The position numbers and the translations under genes were made by a program. Positions 47,711-62,833 of a stretch of DNA of 64,000 bases are shown one piece after another (the stretch's first letter is position 1; each line of letters opens with the position of its first letter). The DNA is from Balanoglossus misakiensis (lineage: Eukaryota; Animalia; Hemichordata): assembly GCA_040954595.2 (NCBI GenBank), contig CM082577.2, positions 18,078,303 through 18,142,302 on the forward strand. The letters run 5' to 3'. Below the pieces are notes generated by a model that worked only from the letters and a program-made list of their open reading frames with translations, made no database searches and was not told the origin of the DNA.

Positions 47711-50700
47711 ACGTTTATCATTCCTCTTTTAAATACTCTCACTTTCGTTAGGGCTTTGGTGGTTTTATCAATGCATTATATATTTAGAATATAAACAAAA
47801 GCAACGTTTATGACCTCACACATCAGAGTTTTCTTAGTTCACAAATAATGTTTGCATTGAAACACATCCATCAGTCCAATCATAACTCGAAATATTTCCT
47901 CGGGTTAGATTCTATGCAGCAACTTGCATGCAGCCAACTTGCAGAGTTTTAATGTTTCAAATTTTGAGCAAAATGATGTCACCCTATCGTGTTATGCCAT
48001 CCCGTTAAGATTCCAAGATTCGCTGTAGTACAAGCTATTTTATCCATAGCACCTTTCGTTGTTCACTTAAAGCTGAAATCCTGCCAGGCGTAGCGAATCT
48101 GACTGATACAAAATTAACTATTTCATTATTTAGCACCTAAATTATGTAACACCAGTAGATAAATTGTATAACAATTGTCAGGGAAAAGACGTTTGTTGAA
48201 GCTTCTATTTACTATATCTACTATCATAGTCCTTTTCGCGACCAAATTCTCTATGTTTTACTGTAATAGTTTGACCATCTGCCAATATAGACACTGAGTG
48301 CAGGTCGCACTCTATGCCTGCATTCAAATGGTGAAATCAATTTACATCAACCAATTGGTCGCACTGCATTTTATGGCGACAGAACTATTTCTGTCTGTGC
48401 ACCTCAGTTGTGGAATGCTTTACCTTTAAATCTTAACGCTACTTCCCAATTTGATATGTTTAAAGTTGGGTTAAAAACCTTCATTTTAAAGTCATTTTAT
48501 ACATAACTATTCCCTTTTTGCCCCGTTTTAATCACGCTTTGACAATTTTTATTTCACCTTTTGTTGTTTCCACTTTCGTTTTCACTTTTTTGTGAGGCGC
48601 AGTGAGATAATTTGTTATGTCCTGCGCTATAGAAGAAGTAAATATTAACATTATTTTTTCTGCCGATATTAGTGAGAGAAATCTTGATGAAACAACTGCA
48701 TGTGTTTTATTTTATATGACAATCGCGAATATTTCATTACTGTGACGTCATGCTCTATGGAAATACTAAGTTCAGAGAAATGTACATTCCTGCTTTTATT
48801 ATAAGTGAAATATGAATTGGTAAACTATAAGAGAAAAAAACCCTGTAGTCACACCCAGTTAAATTGTGGATTGCCGTGTCTGTCTTATCAACTGATGGTA
48901 ACAATTTTGGCACGTAATCACCAAGAGTGTGCAACCCTCCGTTTGCCGATGTTCGACAGATTTTCAATCAATCTTGCTTATCACTTTAGAAACCAAGATG
49001 TCAGTATCCGGTTAATCGCGTCCGGTCGTTGACGGTTAGGTAACAAAGATGAATCGCATTCAAACTCTATTGGCCACGCTCGCCAGTCGGGAAGAAAATT
49101 GATTCTTTAAATTAACACGGAGGTCATTTCAATGATCAGATATTTTTTCAAGATACATTATAGTACAAAATCAATTTTCCAGACAACCACTTGGAAACGT
49201 TATGTGACATTCGTTACAATAGGCCAATCAGAGCAAACATCAAACGTTTCATTTGTGATTTGCGAGAAATACAGTTCGACATAACTTAATTATCAGACAG
49301 AGGACGGGTGCCTGTGATCAATGCCTTTCAGATTTACGTATAGAGTGGCCTGATGTTACGATACTGGAGACACGTTGAAAAATCGCGATCGTTCTTTTTC
49401 ATACTGCTTCTTTGAATTTCTAGGGCGACGAAAAGAGGAAAATCGCAAGTAAAGAAATTGTGATGTCTTCAAACATCATGCAGTGCACAAAAGGAGTCAG
49501 ACGGCATTAATACTAAATCAATACATGTCAGTGGGTCAGAGTTCATCCATGCGGCATTATTCATGATTTCCATTTGCTTGCCACTGATCTGGTGAACAAC
49601 ACTTCATAACACTTACCTTTTTACAGATAAAAGGTGTTACTATCGCTTTTCTCTGTACGTGTATCCAGCTTAACACACTCGCTTTTCCTACATCTACGTC
49701 CTATCACGCGTATACAACGTACAATTGATCATTTACCATCAAGGAACCCATTTCAGTCACTTAAAAATGTATTTGGCCTGTAATGGGGAGCACATCGGAC
49801 AGATTGAGGTTCAGTCTCACCTATCAGGTCATTTGTGGCAATGTTTTCTATCAGAGAGAATGTGGTTATTCACTAACGATATGTCATGATATCAATTTGG
49901 TGCCTGGTACGGCCTGGAAAATATACTATCTTGGTCAAGTCAGCGTTCATTTCCAGTATTGTGTAAATTTAATCATCACCTTCGGACTTTTGTCTTAACA
50001 TCATTGATAAATTCCACATTCGCTTGAAACCGTCTTTCCCACCAAATCCTCTGGCGGAAATTTTTGACGAGAAGAACATCCAATCAGTGTTTAGGTTCTT
50101 TCAAATGTAAACAAAATTTCTCGCCATATTTATATACTGACTCATATGGATTTTACCCTCTCGAAACGACTCTCCAACACCTAAGCTTTGCAAGCCCTAG
50201 CTTTTGGAAAGTATGTAGCCCTCATGTAATTAGTTTGTTAGAACTGTGACTGTGAATGGTTTAATTCATTTCTGACATGGGTTCAGTTCAGAACAATATG
50301 TCAAAAGATGTTTCTGACATTTTCATAAAAAATTGAATGTTTTCATGCTGGATGGTTAGTTTCTTTTCGTTCATAGTTGATGGTGAGTGGAGGAACTCGG
50401 GGCTTAGGCCGAGAGGCCGAAACATTGGTCTGTGTTGAGAATAAAGTCCCCTGACTCTGACATTATACAGTGCTGTTCCCGTTGTTGTTCAACGTCCCGT
50501 CGCATCGCAACTCTTAGCGCCATTTGAGAAACACAATACCGTTGTTGTTTTTCTACTCCTGCCACGAGTAATCAAACGCATCTCGAGCAATGTTGACAAC
50601 TCTCCGTCATATACGCGCGTTCGGAAGATAGTCGCATCGCAACTGTACTAGACGGAAGACATAATACTAATAATTTTTTTAAAAAACCTTTCCAACGAGA

Positions 50701-51971
50701 TCGGTCAATATGGTTACAATGTAATGTTTTGTTTGAATATCGCGTACGCAAAATTATAATTTTGTCATGTGTTGCTGCTCTTTATATCAGACATAAACCT
50801 TTCATATCGCCGCCTGTGTGTTATCTAGTGAGTGAGCGGTGTTCATGGTGTTTGATGATGAAGCTGATTGTGATTATTGATATTTCAAAACGTACTACAC
50901 ATATCAAAGCATATTACATGAACCGCTCTCGTCGTAACTCGTTACCGAATTTGTTAAATGTAAAATCAGGGAATATGGTAACATAACATGTCAACTATAT
51001 TATGGATTTTTGGTTGGTTTCGAGAATTTTACATAAGCAAACGCCATCGTTGAAGACACATATTCGTACGGCAAATCTTGTCAATAAAATACCTAATGTA
51101 TCTCGTACATTGCTCTTATAAAGTCAACCGAGAGATCAGTAAAGTTTATAAAATTCACGTAGTCAAATGTAACAAAACGTATATATCTTAATGCTAACAG
51201 ACTGGACGTAACAACCTTCTTTATTGACATGGTTTAGACCCGAACATATGAGTTGCCGAAAGAAAAGCGCAAGATAGTTGGCTTAAAGGACACCTTAAGA
51301 TTATCACTAAAGACCTGTGCTGCAATGACAGGTTCAGACAGGAAAAAAAATTGAGACACTATTTGCCTATGGTAAACACAGAGCATTAATCCTTTGAGTC
51401 GCGTTGTGTCCACACAGAGTTTATGTATGGCGCTGAGGCTCAACCCCATAGACAATGGGTTGTGGAGAGGTGTTAATCCTTACACCGGCTCAGGTCTGGC
51501 CGACAATGCCATCCCAAATCTGAGACGTTTCAGAGCCACTTACACCGTCCACACGTGTTTTTTTAAAGACGGTATGTGATCTGAGACGCTTCAGAGCCGT
51601 CTTAATGGTACCTGTGTGACCCCCATATAGATGTCACAAAACTTAAATTCCAAGGAAAAATAAACAAAGCTACTTATATCGATCGAATCTGAACAATTGT
51701 ATGACTGCCTATTAGTTTATTGATCAGTTACTTGAGAAAACTGACCACTTACGTGTTGTTCTCACTGCTATTTGCGTGATTATAAATGGCTTGACATTCA
51801 CTATTGGTATGTTCAGCTCTCATCACGATTTAAATACTTTTTAAAAGCACCAAATGTCCTCTCCGTTTATCTCACAGAAGGCAATTCCGTTTTGATATAG
51901 CAATTTATCACCTCCAATATCATTTCTTTGTCTTCTGCTCTTTGTGGTCGACAGTGTCGATGACGTACATT

Positions 51972-52370
51972 ATAGAAATAATGGACGACGCCCTGACCAT
52001 TAACGTTTTTTTTTCTCTTTTATTAAAAATCCTTACGTAATAAATGCAAAAGAGGTTGAAAAATACAATCAAATCAAATTATAAACTTTCTCAAATATAT
52101 CCATTATGTTGGCTCTGCAGTATATGTTTTTCTCAACGTTGTATCTTAACTTAAATTCATTCTTAAATATAACTTCAATTGGTGTGTTCGTCTGACATAT
52201 CCAATATTAATGCTCCATTTACCCAGTAAAATTAAAAATTGTAGTACAAGGTTATAGTCTTTTGGGATGGTGAGGCGAGGCTTCCGAGCCCATGAATTTT
52301 GGCTTTCCTCGAGCCCGAGCCCATAAATAATCGTTAATGGTCAGGGCGGAGTCGGTTATTTCCATTATAT
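51972..52370. mobile_element. Crypton-like hairpin interrupted by a short minus-strand LINE 3' fragment (~52005-52260)
   Basis: Arms gccctgaccattaacg / cgttaatggtcagggc; poly-T plus tttatt, and an FLILLGKW-like remnant on the minus strand. Confidence 0.45.
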
Positions 52371-53147
52371 TACCAACGAACTCAAGAAAACCGTCAAAAT
52401 TTACGAAAATGTCCCACGTAAAAGACTAGGGGCCCCGGAACTTGTGTTACGCAAAATGTTGTATTAACTGAACTGTATGCTAATAGTACTATTCAGATTT
52501 ATGGGCATGTAAACAAACCATTACTGAGTATTTGTGGTCAGTGACGTCGTTCATCTTGATCAATTAAAATGCGATGCACAGGCCATGCTAATACAATTTG
52601 CTTTATTCTCACAAACTCTAGACCCGTTTTCGTCGTCCTTTAACGTCCCTATCACGTTCTTTTTGCTGAAACGTTAATAGATGTTGGAGGTTGCTGAAAT
52701 TCTAGTGTGTCGGATTTTAATTGATTTAAGTCTTCCAGCATTGTGGTATAGCCAAGTCAATACAAGCACTTCATGGCTGGCTAATTTACAAATTACGTTT
52801 TAGCGTGCTTAAGCCTTTGCAACCGTTCTAATGCATTGGCAATCTCGGCCAGACACTGAGCTATCTGTGTAATATGAACAGCTCGTATTTAGACGGCATC
52901 CCCAGTGTATGGACGGCTTTACGTGACTATATTCGATTCTACTATAGACAACATGGTAATAAAACAGTTGGCCTCGTCTGCCAAACCTCGAATCCGCATG
53001 CGCTTGGAAATGAACGGGCGGCGAAGACACATGCAGACCGCGCTTAGTTTGAAGTCGTTGTCCACAGAAAGCATCACCTTCACTTCACTTAATTTCAAAT
53101 TAGACTTCGTCCATGTCCCAATAAATGAGGAAATCTGAAAACCTGAG

Positions 53148-54119
53148 AGCCTCTAGAGCTGCCAAATTTCACGTATTTTTGCCACAATAAAATACTTCAA
53201 ATATATTCCCTATTCTTTGAAATCCTCACCATTAAGCCATACAATTTGTATTTGCATCATTTTTATCTGTTGGCCACGCATACAACGATAGATTTGTACT
53301 ATAAGGTTATTCACAAAATACCGGGATTTATGTCCGAGTACATCGTGCAGCGCAGGTATTGTCCGAGACGCGCAGCGTCGAGGACAATACCGAAGCGTAC
53401 GATGTACGAGGACATAAATCCCGGTATTTTGTGAATAACCTTATTATTATACACCTTTTCCGGACGTCCTTGATGAACGATAAAGAATAAATAGGCCGCT
53501 ATCGGACTTTCTAGTTTTCAGACGCCGCCATGACGTAATTTGCATATCGAACGCGCCTTCACCTCGCGCATCAGGTGATGCTAGTGTCGAGCTGCCCATG
53601 TCTCGCGCGCGAAGTTCTACGCTGCAGGGATGAACGCGCTCGCCTGTTCGTTCACACATTCCTTCGACTGAAATTTCATCGAAGATTTTGACTTATTTCG
53701 CATCTTGGGCCACCAATAATTTTGTTTAATAACGACTGTGTACTTTTTATATAATTTTTTGTGAGAGTAGGGTGCAATATCATCATTGTTTACATCAGAC
53801 AGCTGTGAGGTCAAAGGTCAAATATGCGTCCAATAACCCTGTGGGTTATGGGACTCCGCGTCCTCATTTGAATAATTATTGGACGGTGATACCGCGAATT
53901 ATTGTATTACGGAACTCCATAGGTTACAGCAGTAGGTGTATAATAATAGTTTGTATGCATCTGTGTAATATATAGCGTGTTCAAATTACAAAATGCAACA
54001 TACAGCCACAATTGGGCGTCGATGAGATGTTCATGTATACATATCAGTAAGCTTATTTAGATGGACCAATCTAAGTTTAAAAATAAAATCATGAAAATAA
54101 TGCGTAAGATGGCAGCTAT
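53148..54119. mobile_element. MITE (family of 35160-35461) split by a nested Crypton-like element
   Basis: agcctctagagctgccaaatttcac... and ...aaataatgcgtaagatggcagcta match the other copies on both sides of the insert. Confidence 0.75.
53300..53948 (-). mobile_element. Crypton-like non-autonomous element (terminal hairpin plus subterminal IR)
   Basis: Hairpin ataaggttattcacaaaataccgggattt...aaatcccggtattttgtgaataaccttat 53301-53444; tattattatacacc / ggtgtataataata IR. Confidence 0.7.
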
Positions 54120-54774
54120 TTCGGAATTCATCAATCATACCTATAACCCTCATATCAAAAATCCAGAGGAGTCAATCCCGGTCCCCTCATTATCATGATA
54201 TGTCAGCGAGTTGTTTCACAGTACCATATGTTGTCTATCTGACAGCCTTCAATGGGTTCATTATTTAATTAGACCCAAGGATCACTACTTATTAAGAACC
54301 CCTACACTGTTCTGCCCTTTAGACCTTCTAAAATGACGACTTTCCAAAGAGAATATTAAGCAAGGGTGCTATTTTTACTTATGACAGACTGTAGTGAAAG
54401 GGCACTGGCCACAGTATTCTAATGTTGACCTCAAGTTCAAATTGGTTGTTCCATATTTAAGATTGCATGTAGATAACGTTCAATACACATGAGGCCAAAA
54501 ACAATATGTGCTGTTCCGATTACCCGACCTACCCTAATTTTAACCCGCCGACCTAAACCGGAAGTAAAAATAACGATGTCAAATATACAGCATTTATGAA
54601 AATTGCGCGAATCACGCGAGAACTATGACAACATCGCGCGCATTACACACGAACTATGACGTCATTCTTCTACAATACGGGGGCCAGAGAAATAAAAAAC
54701 ATGCAAAATAAAATCATTTCCCTACCTACCGAAACTATTTTTGAAAACCATGTAATCCTCTATTGGTCAAAATC

Positions 54775-56435
54775 TTTAGGGGCCCAAGCGCCCTCAGGTA
54801 CTCACTTCTGGCGGGTTGCAGTAGTCCTTGAAAAATCGGCTGAAATACGTAAACAGACCAGTGATTATTTTCCACGGAATGAATTCTGGGACAACACATT
54901 ATCGGAGTTCAGGCTGTGTTAGGGCGTTTTATTGAATTACGCTGAGTTTGTTAGCTGTTGCCGTTCAAATGTGTCTACGCAGACCCGGTTACACTGGTTA
55001 ACATTCAATGTAATGCGGCAGCGGACTTTGACCCTCAGACGCTAATGTTGTGGGAGGTTTCATTAGCATGGTAGTCGCATGTAGTGGATAGTAGTTCGGG
55101 AAATTGGCCGAAATACGTCAGCAGACCAGTGATTTTATTGCACGAAGGGAGTATGGTACCAGCAATAATCAGAGATCAGGCTTCGTTGCCGTTCAAAAGT
55201 TCCTACTTCAGTCGTGACGTTGCAACTGGACGTTCAGTATGGGGTTCGGCCCACAGGTGGCCGTGGGGGTTATCAGGTCGCACGTAATGGCACGCAGCTT
55301 CATGCAGCTGTATGGGACCAAACTAATACGCCCGATTCGGGGGTCACCTGTGACACCAGGCGTAACTCAATTATGTGCCTGCGTAATTGTGGGGTCAATG
55401 AAAGGGATGCTAGCATGGTATTTGTTGCACATTGATCAATATGAAGTCCGATTTTCCTGTCAAGTTGTGGGCGACCTTATGTGACATTTCACCTACTTTT
55501 GCTTAGTGAATAACAGCAGATGCATGCAGCTTTGGCGTGGGGGGGGGGGGGATATACGGATGGGACCATAATGATATACCAAATGCGGGGTCACCTGTTG
55601 CACCTGCCTAAGTAATTGATTTTGTACATTTAATTTTACACTAACCAACAGGGCGATATGTGTGGTTTTTGTTCCACAGGGACGAATGTAAGTGTCAGTT
55701 GGTTTTTGCCCAAATAAGGTGATTTGGATGACCTCTGTCGTACAGTGCCATATCTCAGCACGTTGTACAGGTGCAGCTTTGGTATTTGGAGGGATGAAAC
55801 TATCATGAAATGCCAAATACAGGGGGATACCTGTGACACCTGCTTGATTCATGTATTACGTGCATACCTAATGGTAGGCAAAGTGAAAGGGCTGCAAATG
55901 TAGGATTTGTTGCACATGACTTAAACAGGAATGAAAATTTTTTGTCAAATTTTTGGGTGACCTCAGGTGTCCATTGACCTGCTTTCCATATGTTAGCATG
56001 CACGTCATATATAGCCAGGTGTTTGGAGGGGAAGGGTAGGACCCTCTGCGTCATGAAATGCTAAATTTCTGGGGCCACCTGTAACTTACTTGCGTAACTC
56101 ATTATTATGGCCATATCTAATTTGACAAACCCAAAGGGCGAGGATTTTGCGTTGTCTTGAATATGAACCAAATAAGAATCCTAATTTTTGGCCCAATTTT
56201 GGGTACCCTCAGCTGACCTTTGAAGTACTCACAGAAGTACTTACAATGTAGAAGTTCACCTTTGGTTGTTGTGTTTGTACTTGTAGGACATGCATTTCGG
56301 GTGGTTGCCTACTTCCCCATATCTCAACATCGAGAGCAAATACAGCCTACGCATTTGAATGGTACAACCCTGAATGGAGTCTAATGGTTATTCACTCTAT
56401 GCTTGGGCCCCTTCAATGCTGCTTGCAGCTTTAAT
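54775..56435 (+). mobile_element. Helentron/Helitron2-type non-autonomous element with internal tandem duplications
   Basis: TTT-AGGGGCCCAAGC subTIR ... GCTTGGGCCCCT, then GCTGCTTGCAGC hairpin and TT; duplicated gaaatacgt..agaccagtgatt and gttgccgttcaaa blocks. Confidence 0.7.
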
Positions 56436-59400
56436 ATACTCTAATATTTTACAAATAATAATTTCTGCTCGGTGATAGCAAGTAGACAATTTGGAATAGC
56501 TTTCAGTTGAATGAAAATATGGTGGCAAATGTGAATATCAAGAAATGGACATTGATCTTTTAATGGACATGTTGTGATCACCTCATTTGGTGCTTACTGT
56601 ACAGTGAAAAGCACAGCCACAATTTCACCTGACATGTAATATTTTTCAAATGACACACATTTTAAAACTATCTAAATGTGTTTTGAAAGATATCCATATG
56701 TGTCTAAGCCAAGAACATTTGTAATTTTCCACTTAATAGTTATCAAAACAGTTTTGACCCCTAAAATCTTGCTATTTACCACCGAAATTGGTAAACATAG
56801 ACAGGTGTTTTTGGCTTATATTTATAAAAAAAGCAGAAGGTACATGACAGTGAACGCCAATTGTAGTTTCTGTCTTATGAGATATTCTTTGTGTTGCAAT
56901 GAATTCTGGCTGTGGTCAATTGATTTAGAATGAATTAACTATACCAGCAAACTGCAATTTATTTTTAAAATCCTAACACAATCACTGCTTGGTTAGATGT
57001 TGTTTGTGTTTGTGTTTTGTTTGTTAATTCTCATTTGACTTTCATCTTGGACTTATCACTCTATTGCGTGAATCGGGACCGCAGTTAGGTCAAGAAGATT
57101 GAGTCGAAATCAATGCAAATATCCAGATATGATAAAAGCCGATTCTGTAGTTTCATAAAGAATTCCAAGAAAATAAATCACAGAGACGTAGACTGATTAT
57201 AAATTGGATTATTCAGATAAAGGATATGATTTATGTATATAGATGTAAAGCCGAACACTTTGGCTAAATATACGTTCTTCTGTTTGGTTACGTACGTTAT
57301 CGATAAATTCTACCTCGTATGAGTACAGAAACAAGTCAGCAAGCAAGAGAGCGTAATAAGCACCCGGAATTTATTTTATATTATATTGGTATATTTGTCC
57401 TCCAAATTCAACAAATATGTAGACAATATTGAATTCAAGTATACTAATAATGTCTTTCTCTGTAAAGAATACCTTAGCATTCGTATTCACAACTATATGT
57501 ATAGCGAATACATGTACAACATACTTGTAACAGCGTAAACCGTTTTTTGTGGAAAAGGGCCTTATTGATATTGTTTTTTTCTTCTGATTAGTTCATTCAC
57601 AAACCCTAAAATAGTTGAGAATCTATGGCCCTAAACATACGTCTGCTGTGCGCTTTGAGTATTCTAGAAGGTAAATATAAGACATACTTTAATGTTCAGC
57701 GCAAACACATGGGTATAGCCCCCGAGAACTCTAGAAACTGCATGGATGTTTGCCTAAGCGTACTTAAATACACTGTTGGTGCGAATAGAGGTGAAGTCAT
57801 TAGAAGGGTTTCCATTAAAGTGATGAAATCATGATTACGTCCTGTACCACTGTGCTAGCTTAAATTTGGAACACTTTGTCTGCTGAATACAAATCACGTA
57901 AACCCCTGCAATTTTATTCGCCAATCAGGCGAATGTCCTTCAAAATAAACCAACTCCCACAAATGGAAAACGTCTGCCCAGAATTGTTTAATTCGTGTAT
58001 TGCTATCTCAGTGTATTTCATCCCAGCTCACAGATATTAGCACATGATGGTCGAAAAATATGGTGTACTGTGACAAAACAAAGAGAAGATTGTCGAACAA
58101 CTGTCGGATTATCGAAGGCGTACATCTGTTTATACAGCCACGTGCATGTCTGCTTTCGTGGTAACGGCAGCTAATTAAATAATACTACCCCTTTCTAGCA
58201 CTAAAAGCTAATGTGGTATCTGTAAAGTTAACAGCGTCATTTCATTCAGTCAGTCATAAATAGCGCAACCACGTAAAGGTTGTTGATCTCACAGAATCAA
58301 TAGCATGTATTCCTTACCATGCTTACAGGTTGGCAGCTAATGAAGCACACAAACAGGTCAACGTCTTCATATACGATAAGCTTATATCGCAGCGAAAATT
58401 GCACTGAGTTCAAACGGTAAACTCCTATGGCCCAATTGCAAAATTGTCACATTTTCCACAAAACATCACAAGTTAGCGCAGCATTTTAAAATTGATATTA
58501 TGGCCTTTTATTTCAGCCAGCGTATGTGACGGTGGATTTGAGACTATTCAATCTATACGCCTATAATGTTGTGTTCGCTTGAGATAAAGTTGGATTGTAT
58601 ATGTTGGCTGCCGGTTTGATATCGTTATCCTTCCATAAAGCGGATATGCTGTGGGTGTTTATATATCTACAAGGCAAAGACAGATGAGAATCTACTGTGG
58701 ATACATTCACCGAGTGTTATGTCATGTAAAGCCAGAGAGATACAGAAACTGTAATGTCGAGCACGATAATAGACATAGCGAGGAACACAGCAGAAAACGT
58801 GATTATATATCATGAAAAATTGATTGAAGCCTATGTTTTTCGTATAAGAAAGAAGGAATATTTCAAAGGAAATAAGACATGATGGTTTCATTGTTCTGTT
58901 AATTATTGTCGCCGATGGAATCCTAATGTATACGAAACCGAAATCGGAATAATACGTATATTTTAATGTGTTGAAATATTCTTAAAATACACAGGCAAAA
59001 ATTTGGACAATGTGCACAATGCAATGGTTCAATATATCAGGACGCAATCTCATCAAACAGAAAAGGTTTCATCTTAACGACAACAATATAATTATTTTAG
59101 TTCACATACATCTGTTATGAATTCACCTAACCTCTGTAGTCTATTATTGTCAATATTGTACATCTTACCATCATCTTGCCAAAATAGACAACACATGTAT
59201 TAGTATAAAATTATCCGCACAATATATAAATTACAAAGCGCTCCTAGAGTAGCATAAAGACAAGGACGAATTTTAGATGGATGTCAAGCACGGAATATCA
59301 AATAATCTTTATTGTATTGTATTATAGTTATTTTTTAATTGCACACTGTTTAAATAGAGCTTGTCCGAGAAGTAGCATGATGAATCATTTCATAATGTTA

Positions 59401-62400
59401 AATAAGCCACCTTACCTGGATATCGTGAAATAAAGCGAGTAACACTAACTTACATATGGTTAATACGTAGGCGTGTGCAGGTTTGTTGAAGTAGGTGTCG
59501 CAATCGGTCCATCACCAACACTATATATGTTCAGTCCAAGAATAACTTAAGAAAACCCGCTGTTATCTCGACACATAACAGAAAAATAATTCAATTATGT
59601 GGACAAGAGCCACAGTGCCCACTGTCGTGAGAGTGTCAGTCTACTGGGTATTCGGCAAATTCGCGAGTACGGCGAGAGCAGGGAACATGTAACACATGAG
59701 CTTTCGATAACAGTAATTGAACAGGTCGACAACGTCCTTAATACGAATATCACAGTAAATCGGCCCGCCAATTATTAGCGGAAAATAGTACAAGCTGGAT
59801 ATCCTTCCGCCATTAGAAAATGGAAATAGTGGGATTATATGTATAGACTTTACTTCTCCTACAGAGTTGTACCACACATTTCAATGATTGGTGGTATCTA
59901 GCTTTTTTCTTTCATTACCTTCAAATTGTACATTTTTCTTTTCACGTATTCAGAGAAAAATATACTGTTGGTTTTACTTCAATTAGCTTTCAATGAGGAA
60001 TCCAATTGCATTGTAAACGATTACAACGGTGGAAACTGAAACACTTTCGCCGTCAGGCTGCGTTCAAAAATAATTGGTAGAGGGTCGGATGACTTTCTGA
60101 AAATCGACAACGTAAATGATACATTTTGTACTTGCATTTTTTTCTTGCATTGACGCTTTTGCAAAGTGCTTGGCTTTTTACTGTACAACTAGTAAAATTG
60201 CAGTTTTAAAACACAAATAACATGGATCAATTAATTTAAAACTATTTTAGGCTATTTTCCAGATCTTATAACGAAAAAGTAGTTCCAATCGAGTTGGAAT
60301 AAAAAGTTTTTTTGCATGTAAAGGGTGTTAGTACGCTGAATTCGGGTAGTTAGCAGTAATTGGCTATATAGAATAAACATTCTTTTGAACATTTACAAAG
60401 TTATATTGTAATCTTTATCAATACCAGCGCTAATTTGACAATTCGTTGTTTTAGTATACGTACAAGATCAAGTAGACTATTTTACCGAATATGAAAACAA
60501 AACAAGTGAAAGATAGTGTATTAAAATATATTCCGAACTGTGGAAATGTTTTACTTTGATGCGTGATTTGCTTGTCATCGTCTGCTTCACTTTGAAAATG
60601 AGACGTGTGTATATAGACCATGGTCTGGATGTAGGACACCATACGAGGCGTCGTGTGAAAACGCTGAAGTTCTGGGTTATTAGTTGAACTGCAATATGTA
60701 TACAAGCAAAGCAACCTCCTCACGTCCAAACATCCATCAAATGCATATTTTCACATTATATTTGGTTATGAACCTGAGCCTCACATCCTAAAGGAAGAGA
60801 GGTCAAACATCATTTTAAACCAGAGCTGCGTCAACGTCACATGTCAAATTTCACCCTATGGTTCCTTCTTTTTTGTTATCATTTTGACTAAGGCATTAGA
60901 CGTGTTAAATTGTATGAATATTTTCAAACGAACTTGGAACAGTAACTGTCATTATTTGTGAACATCTCGCTTAATATATTGTGATAATTATCGGTAAACC
61001 AGCTGACTTGTTTGTTCACATGTCTTGCTGCACTTGCCGGTAAGGTGATGTTGTCTGAACCCGGAGTTGTTTTTAGGTGAATGACTGAGAATTTGGGCAA
61101 CAGGGGATTTATACTCGGCAGGGTGAATATGCAAATTGGCCTACGTTTGAATGGAAGTGTGTATTGATATATTTACCTCACACAGTTCTGAGATAAAAGA
61201 GTGGATTTTCATTTTTTATGCATTTTTTTTACTTTTTTCACATTTTTGGTAAAAAATCTACTTTTCTTGAATCGATCAGCCCACTTGTTTGAAATGTAGT
61301 ATGGAGCTTCATATAGTTGATCTTAGTTACCAAAGTTTTGTTTAAATTGCTGCAAAATTTGCATATTTATAATTTTGGAGCAATTTTTGCCTTTTTGATT
61401 AATTTTTCTTCTTCTGTAAAACCGCTTGTCAGATTGCTTTAAAATGTGGTAGGCATGTTCCTAGGGGTACCCTAAGTAAGATTTGCATGTATGTTTTTCA
61501 AATCAATTTAAAGAATTCAATAGTATATTTTTGGGTAGATTTTTGCCATTTTGGGTCAAAACTCTTTCTCAGAACCCTCTACCCCATTGCTTTGAAATTT
61601 GATTTGAAGGTTCCTGGGTGAGTTCTCATGATGATTTACAAAACCTAGATGAAAGTGTCAATGTTTTGTGTGGGCAATATCTTGTATTTTATACCACTAA
61701 AATATCCTAAAAAATATAAAACTTCCGAATTACCTATGATTTGATTCCATTATAATTCTAAAGAAGCCAATCCTATTAACGTACAACTCAAAAACTCAAA
61801 TTTTACAGTAATCAGCCATATAATTTCTGAGAGATATAATTTTTTAAAAATCAAAATAGGAAAGTATGATTCAAGAGCAGACGACATGTACTTTCGCAGT
61901 AGGAAGACAAAAAATAAACATATTGTCAGTCGAGGTCAGGTTTGTGAGTGAGTACGTTAGTACGTTATTTAGTTAGTTAGTAAGTTAGTTAGTCGTCAGT
62001 CAGTCAGTCAGGTAGTATGTAGGTAGCTCGATCCGTTTATATATACAAATGATCTTCATCATGACTATGTTATCACTATATGGGAGCAAAATTTTACAAA
62101 TGAACAAAACTATCAGTGTACAGTCATTTGGTAATGATAACCAAAGATTTGCGTAAAAACATAGAAGTAACTAACTCATGCAGGTAATAAGGATAAATAT
62201 GCACGTACTTGTTAGCCCTCTCATTCCAATTGTGTTATGGACAGCAGCAACATTTTCAAATGTGCTGTCATTAAAGTGCAATCTATGGGACACAGTCGTT
62301 AATGGAATGACTAAATCCTCGTGGGCACAAACTCTGTGTTTTATTGAGAAATATCTCAGGGTTATAGTGATATCTATATGTAGCAGTAGCAGCTAGAAGT

Positions 62401-62833
62401 GCTGGCAGAATCATATAACTTAAACATTCATCGAAAAGAGACATTGTAAGTGGCCATGTAAGCTTATGTTGCCAGTGGCCGTGCTACTGAGCTATATGCT
62501 ACACTGTTGTGGATAGTGTACAGATCTGTCTATCTGGGAGTAAATTTAATTGATTGATAGGCAAACTGGCCATACATGTTGTAAATCCGTCCCTGGTATT
62601 CTCATTTCTAAACCTGCAGTAATTATTGGAAAATAACTCGTGCTTCTAAAACAGCTGTGGCCAAATACAGAAAGAAATCATTTTTAAGAATTCAGTAAAT
62701 TGATTTGGGCATATCTGTTTAAATGTACCTACAATTAAAGCTGTATTATATTCTTTATGGTTTACCATGGATAGCAACTGGGAAGAGTAAATGAGATAGT
62801 GCGAAACAGTCTTGTCGAAAGAAGCTTGCCTAA

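Noticed and set aside
50390-50460. Hammerhead/Penelope-like GGCC-GAGA-GGCC-GAAAC followed by AATAAA
   Set aside because: The CUGANGA core is missing upstream, so a ribozyme cannot be supported.
56500-62800. Scattered short ORFs and isolated splice-donor-like sites (e.g. ~59412)
   Set aside because: No coherent exon chain or recognisable protein; treated as intronic or intergenic DNA.
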